DNA from: an uncultured Christensenella sp.
GTDB taxonomy: Bacteria > Bacillota > Clostridia > Christensenellales > UBA3700
Length of the DNA stretch: 64,000 bases
Assembly: GCA_910583995.1 (NCBI GenBank)
Contig: CAJTYW010000009.1
Location: 6,418-70,417, forward strand
Direction of reading: 5' to 3'
The position numbers were made by a program, and so were the translations under genes. Below the pieces are notes generated by a model, which made no database searches, was not told where the DNA came from, and saw only the letters and a program-made list of their open reading frames with translations. Below are positions 8,550 to 18,613 of the stretch, one piece after another (position 1 is the stretch's first letter; each line of letters starts with the position of its first letter).

Positions 8550-10907
8550 TTATCTTCTATTAAACTTATTTTGCAATTTCAACAACAAATCATCAACACT
8601 TTGTTCAGGTTTTTTAGGTTTATTGTTGTTTTTGAAATTGTTATTTTTATTATTACCTTTATTACCAGCTTTAAAGTCTTTATTTTTGTTTTTTTCCTTT
8701 CTGTCAAGCAATTTAGGGTCGCGTACAGTACTTTCTGACTTAGGTTTAGCATTGCTTGCACCCTTGATTGTAAGACTGATTCTGTTTTTAGCTTGGTCAA
8801 CGCCAATAACTTTTACAGTAACAATATCACCAACAGTCAAAGCGTCTGATGGGTGTTTAATGTAATCGTTACTTATTTCACTAATATGCACAAGTCCGTC
8901 TTGGTGTACACCAATATCCACAAACGCACCAAAGTCGATAACATTTCTTACAGTACCTACAATTTCCATACCTTCTTTTAGGTTTGAAATGTCAAGCAAA
9001 TCGTCACGCAAAATAGGCTTTGGCAAGCTGTCACGAATATCTCTACCCGGTTTTTTAATTTCGTCAATAATATCTTCCAAAGTAGGCAAGCCAATGTTTA
9101 ACTCTTTAGCTAGTTTAGCTTTGCCATAATTGTTGATTTTTTCTTCCAAATCACCAAGATTACCACTTGTAACATCTTTTTCTGTCAAAGAGAATGTTTC
9201 AAGCAATGCTCTTGTTGCAGCATAAGATTCAGGGTGAACGGAAGTGTTATCCAATGCTTCTACGCCGTCAGTTATTCTTAAGAAACCTGCACATTGTTCA
9301 TACGCTTTAGGTCCAAGCTTTGGCACTTTTAAAAGTTGCTCTCTTGAAGTGAATGGACTGCTCTTTCTGTACTCAACAATATTTTTAGCAATTGCTAAGT
9401 TAAGTCCAGATACAAAAGACAACAATTTGTAAGATGCAGTATTCAAATCAACACCTACACTGTTAACGCAGTCTTCAACAACGCCTTCAAGTACTTCTGT
9501 AAGTCTCTTTTGTGGCATATCGTGTTGGTATTGTCCTACACCGATACTCTTAACATCAATTTTAATAAGCTCTGCAAGTGGGTCTTGTAATCTTCTGCCG
9601 ATACTTACAGCACTTCTTAAAGATACGTCATACTCTGGGAATTCTTCTGCACCCAATTCACTTGCACTATATACAGATGCACCTGCTTCGTTTACAACCA
9701 TATATTGAACAGGTCTGTCCAACTTTTTGATTAGGTTTGCAACAAATATTTCAGTTTCCTTACTTGCAGTACCATTACCGATAGAAATAACATTTACACT
9801 ATGAGCTTTAATAAGAGCAGTTAACTTTTCTTCAGCTTCTTCTACTCTGCTTTGTGGTGGAGTTGGGTGTACAACACCTGTTGCAAGTACATTTCCGTTT
9901 TCGTCAAGCACTGCAACTTTACAACCTGTCCTGTAAGCAGGGTCCAATGCCAAAACCACATTGTTTTTTAGTGGTGGTTGCATCAAAAGTGGTTTCAAGT
10001 TAGTCTCAAACATTTTGATTGCACCTTCATTTGCATTGTCTGTAAGCTCATTTCTTATTTCTCTTTCAATTGAAGGAAAAATCAATCTCTCATAGCTATC
10101 TTCTGTTGCTTCCAACATTAAGCTAGTAAACAAGCTGTCAGTATGCACATATTTTGTATTAATTATGTTTAGTGCTGTTTCTTTATCTAGCTTTAAGGTG
10201 ACTTTTAGACAATCTTCTTTCTCACCACGGTTGATAGCTAGTATTCTGTGAGATGGAATAGCTTTGATTTTTTCGTTGTAGTCTTTGTACATACCAAAAA
10301 TTCCGCCATTAGCATTGTCTTTTTCTTCGTCTAAAGTTGTAGAAATATCACCAATACCGACAAAAAGCTCTCTTAATTCTTTACGGATTTCAGCATCGTC
10401 GCTTATACGCTCTGCAATAATATCCTTTGCTCCGTCATAAGCTTCTTTAATGCTATTAACGCCCTTTTCTTCGTTAACAAAAGGTGTAGCAATGGCAACC
10501 ATATCGCCATCTTTCAAATCACTCATAACGATGTCTGCTAGTTCTGACAAACCTTTTTCGATAGCAACAGATGCTCTTGTCTTTTTCTTTTTCTTGTATG
10601 GACGATAAATATCTTCCACTTCAGTCATTGTCTCTGCCTTAGCAATGCTTTCAGCTAGCTCGTCTGTCCATTTGCCTTGTGATTCAATGCTGTTTTTAAC
10701 TTCTTCTTTTCTCTTCTCTAAATTTCTAAGATAAGTTAAACGGTCTGCAAACTTACGCAATGTTTGGTCGTCACAAGTGCCGTGCATCTCTTTACGATAA
10801 CGTGCAATGAATGGTATTGTGCAGCCTTCGTCAATAAGTTTGATTATATTATCGCTATACTCCTGTTTTAATTGAAATTCTCCTGCTAATCTTTCGCTGA
10901 TTATCAT
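8550..10907 (-). CDS. tex: transcription accessory protein Tex (S1 RNA-binding domain protein) with basic K/N-rich C-terminal tail
   Basis: 785 aa. Tex N-terminal region (TIPFIARYRKE), YqgF/RuvC-like and HhH regions, C-terminal S1 domain (GTVRNVIDFGAFVDIG...DGLVHISE), then about 70 extra basic residues. Confidence 0.93.
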   Translation of the reverse strand: MIISERLAGEFQLKQEYSDNIIKLIDEGCTIPFIARYRKEMHGTCDDQTLRKFADRLTYLRNLEKRKEEVKNSIESQGKWTDELAESIAKAETMTEVEDIYRPYKKKKKTRASVAIEKGLSELADIVMSDLKDGDMVAIATPFVNEEKGVNSIKEAYDGAKDIIAERISDDAEIRKELRELFVGIGDISTTLDEEKDNANGGIFGMYKDYNEKIKAIPSHRILAINRGEKEDCLKVTLKLDKETALNIINTKYVHTDSLFTSLMLEATEDSYERLIFPSIEREIRNELTDNANEGAIKMFETNLKPLLMQPPLKNNVVLALDPAYRTGCKVAVLDENGNVLATGVVHPTPPQSRVEEAEEKLTALIKAHSVNVISIGNGTASKETEIFVANLIKKLDRPVQYMVVNEAGASVYSASELGAEEFPEYDVSLRSAVSIGRRLQDPLAELIKIDVKSIGVGQYQHDMPQKRLTEVLEGVVEDCVNSVGVDLNTASYKLLSFVSGLNLAIAKNIVEYRKSSPFTSREQLLKVPKLGPKAYEQCAGFLRITDGVEALDNTSVHPESYAATRALLETFSLTEKDVTSGNLGDLEEKINNYGKAKLAKELNIGLPTLEDIIDEIKKPGRDIRDSLPKPILRDDLLDISNLKEGMEIVGTVRNVIDFGAFVDIGVHQDGLVHISEISNDYIKHPSDALTVGDIVTVKVIGVDQAKNRISLTIKGASNAKPKSESTVRDPKLLDRKEKNKNKDFKAGNKGNNKNNNFKNNNKPKKPEQSVDDLLLKLQNKFNRR

Positions 10908-12547
10908 AAAATTTGCTCCTTTTCTTTTAATTTGTTATAATCTACTTTACCAATTGCAGTAAGTGGCAATTCACTCACACATTCTATTTGTTTTGGCAAA
11001 GAATATTTCATTAAATTTGTTGATATTGTATGCTTTATCTTTTGCTCAATCATTTGAGAATACTCATAACCTTCTTTCATTTTTACAAAAAGTTTAATAT
11101 AAGGTTTACCATTTTTCTCAAAATCTACGGCACAACATTTATCTATTTCTTCAACGCTTTCCCCAACCAAATACTCTATTTCATTAGGAAAAACATTCAT
11201 TCCGCTAATTTTAACCATTCGTTTTATTCTGTCAACAAAAAACAAATGTCCGCTTTCTTCAAGATACCCATAGTCACCTGTAGCAAGCCATTTTGTGCCA
11301 TTGCTATCTTCAAACAAAACTTTGTTTGTGGTTTTCTCGTCCATATAATAACCACTCATTATGTTATCGCCTGACAAGCATATTTCACCACGATTGCCGT
11401 ACTCTAACTTGTTTTTGTCGCTATCCACTATACAAACTTTGATATCGCCAAGCGTTTTTCCGACTGAACCTACTTTGCTAGTCTCTTCCACATTTACATT
11501 GCAAACACCTGCTTCAGTTAAACCATAACCTTCGCAAAGCCTGCAGTTGGAATTATACTTTTTCATAAGTGCATCAAAATTTTGCTTAATTTCCTGCTTT
11601 AGTTTATCCCCACCGCAATAGCAATATTTCATTTTTTGCAAATATTTACCGCCAAAACCTTTTATCTTTACAAGTTTATCGTACATTGACGGAACGCCTG
11701 TCATATAAGTTGCTTTTTCTTTTTTAACTATTCTTGCTAGCATTTTAGGTTTAAAATATGGTACTAATATACACCTTGCACCCGCTGTAAGTGTTGAGTG
11801 CATACAAACACCAAGCCCAAAAATATGAAACATTGGCAATACCATAAGCATACTTTCGCCTTTTTGCACTTCGTCGCCTATTAATGTGCGTATGCTATAG
11901 CTACACTCATTGATTGCACGATTTGCAAGCATTGCTGTTTTTGGCACGCCTGTTGTTCCGCCTGAGTGAATATAAGCTGCAATTTCTTCCCCAATCCCGT
12001 TATAATGCTCTCGATTAGGGGCGATTTTTGAAGAGTTTTTAAAAAAATCTTTGTATGTAACTACTTTTAAATTGCTATCCGATTTTATTTTATTACGGCT
12101 TGTCCAAATGTCATAACAAAGCTTATATATATTTTTTAAATAATCGGAAGGACTGCATACCACAACCTTTGCATCTAATTCTTCCAAAACTGCTTTGTTT
12201 TTCCCATAAAACATATTAAGTATAAACACTACTTTACTGGAAAGTTTTGTAACCATTTCCCCAAGTGCTTTTGGCGGAACTAATGGGTGAATTAGATTTA
12301 CCGAAACACCAAGTTTGTTTGCCGCATAAAAAATGATTATAGCATTTGGAATATTTGGAAGGCATAAAGCAATGTTATCACCTTGTTTTAGTCCATAAGA
12401 ATACAAACAATTTGCGACTATATCTACCTGTTTAAAAAACTCATTTGTAGATATGCAATTATTGTAGTAAGAAATAAGCGGCCTATTATCCCCTTTATCT
12501 CTTGCTTTTAAATATTCATACATACTAAAATCATTAGATTGTTTCAT
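10904..12547 (-). CDS. AMP-dependent acyl-CoA synthetase/ligase (fatty-acid-CoA ligase-like)
   Basis: 547 aa. Adenylation motifs YIHSGGTTGVPKTAM, GYGLTE, TGDYGYL and GKVDY. The stop overlaps the tex start (ATGA). Confidence 0.9.
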   Translation of the reverse strand: MKQSNDFSMYEYLKARDKGDNRPLISYYNNCISTNEFFKQVDIVANCLYSYGLKQGDNIALCLPNIPNAIIIFYAANKLGVSVNLIHPLVPPKALGEMVTKLSSKVVFILNMFYGKNKAVLEELDAKVVVCSPSDYLKNIYKLCYDIWTSRNKIKSDSNLKVVTYKDFFKNSSKIAPNREHYNGIGEEIAAYIHSGGTTGVPKTAMLANRAINECSYSIRTLIGDEVQKGESMLMVLPMFHIFGLGVCMHSTLTAGARCILVPYFKPKMLARIVKKEKATYMTGVPSMYDKLVKIKGFGGKYLQKMKYCYCGGDKLKQEIKQNFDALMKKYNSNCRLCEGYGLTEAGVCNVNVEETSKVGSVGKTLGDIKVCIVDSDKNKLEYGNRGEICLSGDNIMSGYYMDEKTTNKVLFEDSNGTKWLATGDYGYLEESGHLFFVDRIKRMVKISGMNVFPNEIEYLVGESVEEIDKCCAVDFEKNGKPYIKLFVKMKEGYEYSQMIEQKIKHTISTNLMKYSLPKQIECVSELPLTAIGKVDYNKLKEKEQIL

Positions 12548-12743
12548 ATATCTCTCTTTTATATAAATATATATAGAATTATAGCACTTATTTTAAAAGT
12601 TGTAAATAGTTTTTATAAATATTAAGGCAAATTTTGTGTTTTATTGCAATTTAATGCAAAACCACTTATTTTAAAGAAAAATAGATTTATTAACCTTTTT
12701 TGACTATTAATACTAGTCGCAATAACTATTTTAATGTGCTTGA

Positions 12744-12795
12744 CAATAAAAAAATCACAAATAATACCGATTTTCGTGCATTAATTGTGATTTTT
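12744..12795 (-). terminator. terminator of amino-acid ABC operon 1 (contains ATACCGATTTTCG motif in loop)
   Basis: AAAATCACAA / TTGTGATTTT arms with a run of T after the stem on the minus strand. Confidence 0.6.
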
Positions 12796-12831
12796 AAACA
12801 TTATAAATTGTAATTTCTTAATATTACTGGA

Positions 12832-14070
12832 TTACAGAACTTTTGACAAGAAAGTCTTTAATCTGTCGTTTTGTGGATTTTCAAAAAGCTCTATTGGAGA
12901 ACTATCTTCCACAATTTTACCGCCGTCCATAAACAAAACTCTTGTTGCAACTTCTTTTGCAAAGCCCATTTCGTGTGTTACGATTACCATTGTCATACCT
13001 TCGTCAGCAAGTTGTTTGATAAGCTCTAATACTTCCCCTACCATTTCTGGATCCAAAGCAGATGTAGGCTCGTCAAATAACATAACTTCAGGTTTCATAG
13101 CAAGCGCTCTAACGATTGCAATTCTTTGTTTTTGTCCGCCTGACAAAGTATTTGGATAAGCATTTGCTTTTTCTTCAAGTCCTATTCTTTGCAATAGCTC
13201 AATTGCATTAGTTTCAATCTCTTGCCTTCTAGCTTTTATATACTCTGCCTTATTAGCACTAGTAATTTGTTTATTTTTAATCTTTTCTGCAACTTCATCG
13301 TTCAAATATTGAAGGGGCGCAAAAGTAATGTTTTGCATAACTGTCATATGTGGGAAAAGATTGAAATGTTGGAAAACCATTCCCATATTCTTTCTTACAG
13401 CATTTTCATTAACCTTTAAAGACATATTTGCTTTGTGACTAGAGATATTAACCATACTATTGAATTTTTTCTCAAAGTCTTTTTTGCTTGCAAACTCTTG
13501 ACTTTTTGCTTTAGGCAACATATCAAATACTTTATCTGCAATTTCGTTAGTTTGCAAATCTTCAAAATCCAAACTTATATCACTATTCTCAAAAAAAGTC
13601 TTTTTAATATCTTGTATTAAATATTCTCGTTCGATTGATTTAATATTTTCCCTAACTTCAATATCAAACTCAAGTTCCCTTATAAGCTCATCACGAAGCA
13701 CTATAGTGTCTGACATTTTCTTTTCAAGTTCGGCAAGTTTTTTCTCTTTATCTTTTATATCCTTTTCTTTAGTTACAGCAATTTTATCAATCAATTTTGC
13801 AATCTTTTTATCATAACTTGCAATTTTATAGTTTTTATATTTTTTTGAAAACTTGCTTATTTTATGATAATAAGTTATCTCTTTATCATTATAATAAATA
13901 TGTCCCAAAGTTGGTCTTTCAAGCAAATTCAAGCATCTTAAAAATGTTGATTTACCACTACCTGAAGGTCCTATAACTGCAACTTTTTCACCTTTTTTTA
14001 TTTCAATATCAATACCATCTAAAACAACAAGGCTACCAAAATGTTTGTGTAAATTCTTAACGCTTATCAC
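12832..14070 (-). CDS. polar amino-acid ABC transporter ATP-binding protein with about 155-aa insertion
   Basis: Walker [11 protein letters not shown]-loop [11 protein letters not shown], signature LSGGQKQR, Walker [13 protein letters not shown]-loop VTHEM. Likely start is GTG 14070 (GGAGG 10 nt upstream); the track start TTG 14091 is the alternative. Confidence 0.9.
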   Translation of the reverse strand: MISVKNLHKHFGSLVVLDGIDIEIKKGEKVAVIGPSGSGKSTFLRCLNLLERPTLGHIYYNDKEITYYHKISKFSKKYKNYKIASYDKKIAKLIDKIAVTKEKDIKDKEKKLAELEKKMSDTIVLRDELIRELEFDIEVRENIKSIEREYLIQDIKKTFFENSDISLDFEDLQTNEIADKVFDMLPKAKSQEFASKKDFEKKFNSMVNISSHKANMSLKVNENAVRKNMGMVFQHFNLFPHMTVMQNITFAPLQYLNDEVAEKIKNKQITSANKAEYIKARRQEIETNAIELLQRIGLEEKANAYPNTLSGGQKQRIAIVRALAMKPEVMLFDEPTSALDPEMVGEVLELIKQLADEGMTMVIVTHEMGFAKEVATRVLFMDGGKIVEDSSPIELFENPQNDRLKTFLSKVL

Positions 14071-14785
14071 TCTTTGACAACCTCCTTTCAATTGCTTTCA
14101 TAACATGAGTTAATGCAACAACAATTATTAAATAAAACAAGGCTGCAATGCTCATTGGGATTATGTAATCATAAACTATACCAGAAATATTTTTTGCTGC
14201 AAAAGTCAAATCCATAATTCCTACCAAGCTTACAATAGAAGTTTCTTTAATCAATGCTATAAATTCATTACCAAGTGGTGGTATTGAATTTTTTAACGCT
14301 TGTGGAATAATGACTTTTGCCATTGTTTTTCCATAGCTAATACCTAAAGACCTTGATGCCTCCATTTGTCCTTTATCAACAGACATAATACCCGAACGGA
14401 ATATTTCGGCAACATAAGCACCACTATTTAAACCAAATGTAATGGCAGCAATCAATATTGCACCAAAATATGGTATTTTTTTTAAGAAAAACAATACTCC
14501 AAAGTACATCATTACTATAAGTACGGCTACTGGTATACCCCTTATTACTGTAACATATAAAGAACCTAATTTTTCCAAGAAGGCTAATTTGCCTGTGTTT
14601 TGGTGAATATTTTTTATTACAGCAATCAATAAACCGATTATAATTCCGATAATAACGGCTAAGAAGGATATGAGTAATGTATTACCCATACCCTTTAAAT
14701 AGCTTAACCAATTATTATCTGTTATAAACGCTCTTTTTAGCTTTTCTCCAAAAGAAAGCGAAAGCGTACATAATAGATTATTCAT
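14057..14785 (-). CDS. amino-acid ABC transporter permease (HisM/GlnP family)
   Basis: 242 aa, multi-TM, with EAA-type loop ([23 protein letters not shown]). GGAGG RBS. Confidence 0.9.
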   Translation of the reverse strand: MNNLLCTLSLSFGEKLKRAFITDNNWLSYLKGMGNTLLISFLAVIIGIIIGLLIAVIKNIHQNTGKLAFLEKLGSLYVTVIRGIPVAVLIVMMYFGVLFFLKKIPYFGAILIAAITFGLNSGAYVAEIFRSGIMSVDKGQMEASRSLGISYGKTMAKVIIPQALKNSIPPLGNEFIALIKETSIVSLVGIMDLTFAAKNISGIVYDYIIPMSIAALFYLIIVVALTHVMKAIERRLSKSDKR

Positions 14786-14796
14786 TTAGCCTCCTA

Positions 14797-15645
14797 TTAG
14801 CCTTTAACTACTAGAGATTTAGCAACCAAACTATCAATAACCAATGCGTCAACACCAAATTGCTTTAACTCTAAGAATGCGTTAGTAACTGCAGGGAATG
14901 GTTTAATAATAATTTGTTTGTCTGTAGCTTTACCTTCATTGTACTCTTTAATTAATTTTTCGCCTGTTGTGCCGTTTTGTGCTGCTACAGTTTTTCCAAC
15001 TAACTCATCTAATGTTTTATAGTTATTTTCTTCTAAAGAAACAATAGCTTGAACTGTTGTAGTGTATGGTGTAGAGAATGAAATGCTCTTTTTTCTATCT
15101 TCAGTAACTGACAAACCTGCTGCTGCTACCATTAGACCAGATTTATCAGTACCAACTTCTGTAGGGATTGTATCAAAATCCATTTGTTTAACTCTCAATT
15201 TGTAGTTATATGTTTCACAGAATTTAATCATTAAATCTACATCTGAGCCTGCAACACCATTAACTTGGCTATCACCTGAATTTAGAACATACTCATAAGG
15301 AGCAAAAGTTGCTTCTGTTACCATTGTAATTGTTGCACCTGTGTTATCATTAAGAACTGATGCTTTGATAGGTGCTTTAGAGTAATCAATGTTATCTAAA
15401 TCTGTGTGGAATGCAATTGAAGTTGTAATAAACTCCAAAACGCCGTCAGACGCTAAAAACTCATTAAGTTGATTTAATAGAGTTGTGCTACTATGTGCAA
15501 CACCCAAAGCGTACTCTTCATCTTCTTCTTGTGCAATATCGTTGTAAACAGTTTTTACTTTATTACAGCCTACCAAAATTGTTGTAGCAACAACAGCTGT
15601 TACTAGCACCAAAAGTGCAATAAATAATGTTTTAAATTTTTTCAT
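14797..15645 (-). CDS. amino-acid ABC transporter substrate-binding lipoprotein (family 3, apparently permuted)
   Basis: 282 aa. Lipobox ILVGC. SBP_bac_3-like segments (FAPYEY, SDVDL, GLSVTEDRKKSISFSTPY, VGKTVAAQNGTTG). Confidence 0.85.
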   Translation of the reverse strand: MKKFKTLFIALLVLVTAVVATTILVGCNKVKTVYNDIAQEEDEEYALGVAHSSTTLLNQLNEFLASDGVLEFITTSIAFHTDLDNIDYSKAPIKASVLNDNTGATITMVTEATFAPYEYVLNSGDSQVNGVAGSDVDLMIKFCETYNYKLRVKQMDFDTIPTEVGTDKSGLMVAAAGLSVTEDRKKSISFSTPYTTTVQAIVSLEENNYKTLDELVGKTVAAQNGTTGEKLIKEYNEGKATDKQIIIKPFPAVTNAFLELKQFGVDALVIDSLVAKSLVVKG

Positions 15646-15805
15646 TTTTATATCCTCACAAAAATGTTTTTCTTGTTTTGTGTATACATTCTACCATACA
15701 CTTTATGCAAAAATCAACTAATTTTTGAATATTTTTTGTATAATTATGAAAAAATTTGCATTTTTTACTAATTTTTATGAATAAAATTCAATTTTTGTAT
15801 ACTTT

Positions 15806-17644
15806 TTATACATTTTTTGGAATTATTACCAAAAACTCACCTGTTTTTAATGTAACAGTGTCGTTTAATGGTTTATTTGTTACACAATTTACGCAGTTTT
15901 TGGCTACAAATAGCTTGTCGACATCTGTATTATTGAATATAAATTGTATATTTTGTGTATTATCCACACCTTTTCGTATAATATGCAACAATCCATCTTG
16001 TTGTTTTATATCCATTGTACCGCCAAAAGCTTTTTTGTATTTACTACGAATTTTACCTAAACTTTTATAATGAGCAAGCAAATCTTCGTCCATATTATCC
16101 CAAGGGAATGGTCTGCGATTAATTGGGTCTTCATAGCCTTCAAGCCCTACTTCGTCGCCATAAAAGATTGTAGGCAGTCCCGGAAGTGAGTACAAAATAG
16201 CAGTAGCAAGCTTTAGTCTTGCTTTTGCCCTGTCTTTTACGTCTTTTGGAAGGCGTATATTTAGTCTATCAGATTTAGTAGTGTTTGCGATATCGTAATC
16301 ACACATTGTATTGATTGCTCTTACTGTATCGTGTGTACCCAAAAAGTTCATACAGCTATTTAAAACGCAAAGCGGATAGTTTTCGTAAATATTCATTATA
16401 TTATTAATAAATATATTTATATCTTTATTCCATACAAAATCTACTATCGCATTTTTAAACGGATAATTCATTACTCCGTCAAGTTGATTGCCTTGCAAAT
16501 ATGGGCGTCTTTGGCTATATGCTATTTTTGTAGACGCATCTTCCCATACTTCACCGATTATGTAAGCGTTTTTATCTACACTTTTTACTCTTTTTCTTAT
16601 ATCATTTACAAATTCAATATCCAGTTCGTCCACAACATCAAGACGCCAACCTGCTAAACCTAATTTAGTCCATTTATCCAAAACGCCGTTTTCGCCCAAA
16701 ATAAACTTTCTGTAATTTTCATTGTTTTTGTTGACTGTAGGTGTTACGGTAATGCCCCACCAACAAGCGTACTCATCAGGATAGTTAATAAAATAATACC
16801 AATCATAATAAGGTGATTTAATACCTTGATATGCACCAAAAGAATCGTATTTGCCAAGTTTATTAAAATACTTGCTATCACTGCCTGTGTGATTAAATAC
16901 TCCGTCAAGCATTATTCCAATACCTTTTTCTTTTGCGGCGGCTATCAACCTTGCAAGCGAACTCTCGTCCCCCAAAAGTTCGTCAATACACATATAATCA
17001 CCTGTATCATACCTGTGATTTGAGCTTGACTTGAATATAGGCGACATATAAATCATTGTTACTCCTAAAGCTTTAAGATAATCAAGTTTATCTATTATAC
17101 CTTGCAAATTACCGCCGTAAAAATCGTTTGCACGAAAAACTCCGTCACTATCTATTATAGTAACTTCTTCATTCCACTCCTTTAAAACGCCATCCTTATT
17201 AAAGTGGCAAGCTTTATCCACACCTTTATTGAATCTGTCGGCAAAAATTTGATAAATTACTCCACCATTTTGAGTATGTGGTGTAAATCCTTCACTGCTA
17301 TAAATAGTTAGGCTATATGGCTCGCCGTTTTGTAACAATTCGCCATTTTCCCCTTTACCAAAAACAAAACTGCCAAGCTCTGTATTTGTTTGAAATTTAT
17401 ACCAATAAAGTCCGATATCCGAAATTGTAACTTGTAGTTCAAACACGGAATTATTATTTTCCGTGCCTGTATAATTCATTTGATAGTAGCAATCGTCTTC
17501 TCCGTCTTTAGTTATCACTAGATAGATATTTTCCACAAATATGCCGTCTTTGGCTTGAACTTTAAAATAAATTTTTTTGCCGCAAGCAACTGCACCAAAT
17601 GGTTTTTTACAATTTAAATCTCTGCTGTTATAATAAAATATCAT
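15806..17644 (-). CDS. GH13 alpha-glycosidase (neopullulanase / cyclomaltodextrinase / maltogenic amylase type), cytoplasmic
   Basis: 612 aa. GH13 regions DGVFNHTG, GWRLDVVDEL, IGEVWED, FLGTHD. N-terminal Ig-like domain and no signal peptide. Confidence 0.9.
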   Translation of the reverse strand: MIFYYNSRDLNCKKPFGAVACGKKIYFKVQAKDGIFVENIYLVITKDGEDDCYYQMNYTGTENNNSVFELQVTISDIGLYWYKFQTNTELGSFVFGKGENGELLQNGEPYSLTIYSSEGFTPHTQNGGVIYQIFADRFNKGVDKACHFNKDGVLKEWNEEVTIIDSDGVFRANDFYGGNLQGIIDKLDYLKALGVTMIYMSPIFKSSSNHRYDTGDYMCIDELLGDESSLARLIAAAKEKGIGIMLDGVFNHTGSDSKYFNKLGKYDSFGAYQGIKSPYYDWYYFINYPDEYACWWGITVTPTVNKNNENYRKFILGENGVLDKWTKLGLAGWRLDVVDELDIEFVNDIRKRVKSVDKNAYIIGEVWEDASTKIAYSQRRPYLQGNQLDGVMNYPFKNAIVDFVWNKDINIFINNIMNIYENYPLCVLNSCMNFLGTHDTVRAINTMCDYDIANTTKSDRLNIRLPKDVKDRAKARLKLATAILYSLPGLPTIFYGDEVGLEGYEDPINRRPFPWDNMDEDLLAHYKSLGKIRSKYKKAFGGTMDIKQQDGLLHIIRKGVDNTQNIQFIFNNTDVDKLFVAKNCVNCVTNKPLNDTVTLKTGEFLVIIPKNV

Positions 17645-17790
17645 ATTTCACCTATTTCTTGCTTTTTTACTTTTTGTTAAATAGTATCTTTATACAATTA
17701 TTTATTATTTAAAACGATTTACTTACTTAAAAAGTCGCAATACATAATAAATATTTATACTAAAATACATTTATTGTTATTTATTAAAAT

Positions 17791-17823
17791 TGTCAAAAAT
17801 CGATTTAATACCGATTTTTGACA
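17791..17823 (-). terminator. terminator after response-regulator gene (built from the recurrent CAAAAATCG/CGATTTTTG motif)
   Basis: TGTCAAAAATCG-atttaata-CCGATTTTTGACA near-perfect palindrome. Confidence 0.65.
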
Positions 17824-17835
17824 TATTTTTTATTA

Positions 17836-18522
17836 TTAATTAGTAGTTTCTTTTTCCGTCCAGCAATATCCTACATTTTTAACTGTAATCAATTGATTTG
17901 CAAGTCCGCCTTGCTCCAACATTTTACGGAGCTTACTAACATAAACTTCGACAACTGAAAAAGTAGTTTCACTCTCAAAGCCCCACACTCTGTTAAACAA
18001 AGTGTTTTTTGATAAAAAGATTTCCTTATGTCTAACCAAATACTCAAAAAGCTCATACATTTTTGCAACGACATTCATTTTTCCGCCGTTAATTTTTACT
18101 GTTCTTTCAAAAAAGTTGATTTCCAAATTTTTGTATTCGTAAATATTAGCACCAAAATCTTTGTAATACCTTCTCAAAATAGCACCTACTACTGCAAGCA
18201 ATTCATTATCGTCGCAATAAATCATATAGCTGTCTGCACCGCTATTTAATAAATCAATTTTTGTTTCTAAATCTTGCTCATTAGATAAAATCAACAATGG
18301 AATAGAATTTGTTTGACGCAATTTAACAATATAATTTTTTGTTTCCGCCTTTATACCTGCGTGTCCCAAAACAATCATATCGTATTTGTTGTGAACACCT
18401 AAATCTAGTCCCCTATCCAAATCATAAGCACTTTCACACTCACTGCCACCACCATATTCGGTAAGCAGTTTGCAAAGTTTGTGGTTGATTTCTTCTATTT
18501 TTTCCACAATTAAAAATTTCAT
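17836..18522 (-). CDS. OmpR/PhoB-family winged-helix regulator with degenerate (pseudo-)receiver domain
   Basis: 228 aa with a C-terminal Trans_reg_C-like region (LSKNTLFNRVWG...VYVSKLRKML...TVKNVGY). The receiver acidic pocket, phospho-acceptor Asp and conserved Lys are replaced (IVEKIEE, MIVLGHAG, YMIYCDD). Confidence 0.8.
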   Translation of the reverse strand: MKFLIVEKIEEINHKLCKLLTEYGGGSECESAYDLDRGLDLGVHNKYDMIVLGHAGIKAETKNYIVKLRQTNSIPLLILSNEQDLETKIDLLNSGADSYMIYCDDNELLAVVGAILRRYYKDFGANIYEYKNLEINFFERTVKINGGKMNVVAKMYELFEYLVRHKEIFLSKNTLFNRVWGFESETTFSVVEVYVSKLRKMLEQGGLANQLITVKNVGYCWTEKETTN

Positions 18523-18613
18523 AATCTTTTTGCCCCTCTTTCCTACTTATCATATAGTATTTGCAATAATTTTTAATTGCAACATATTTGTTTTTGCTCT
18601 ATACTTTCAATTT

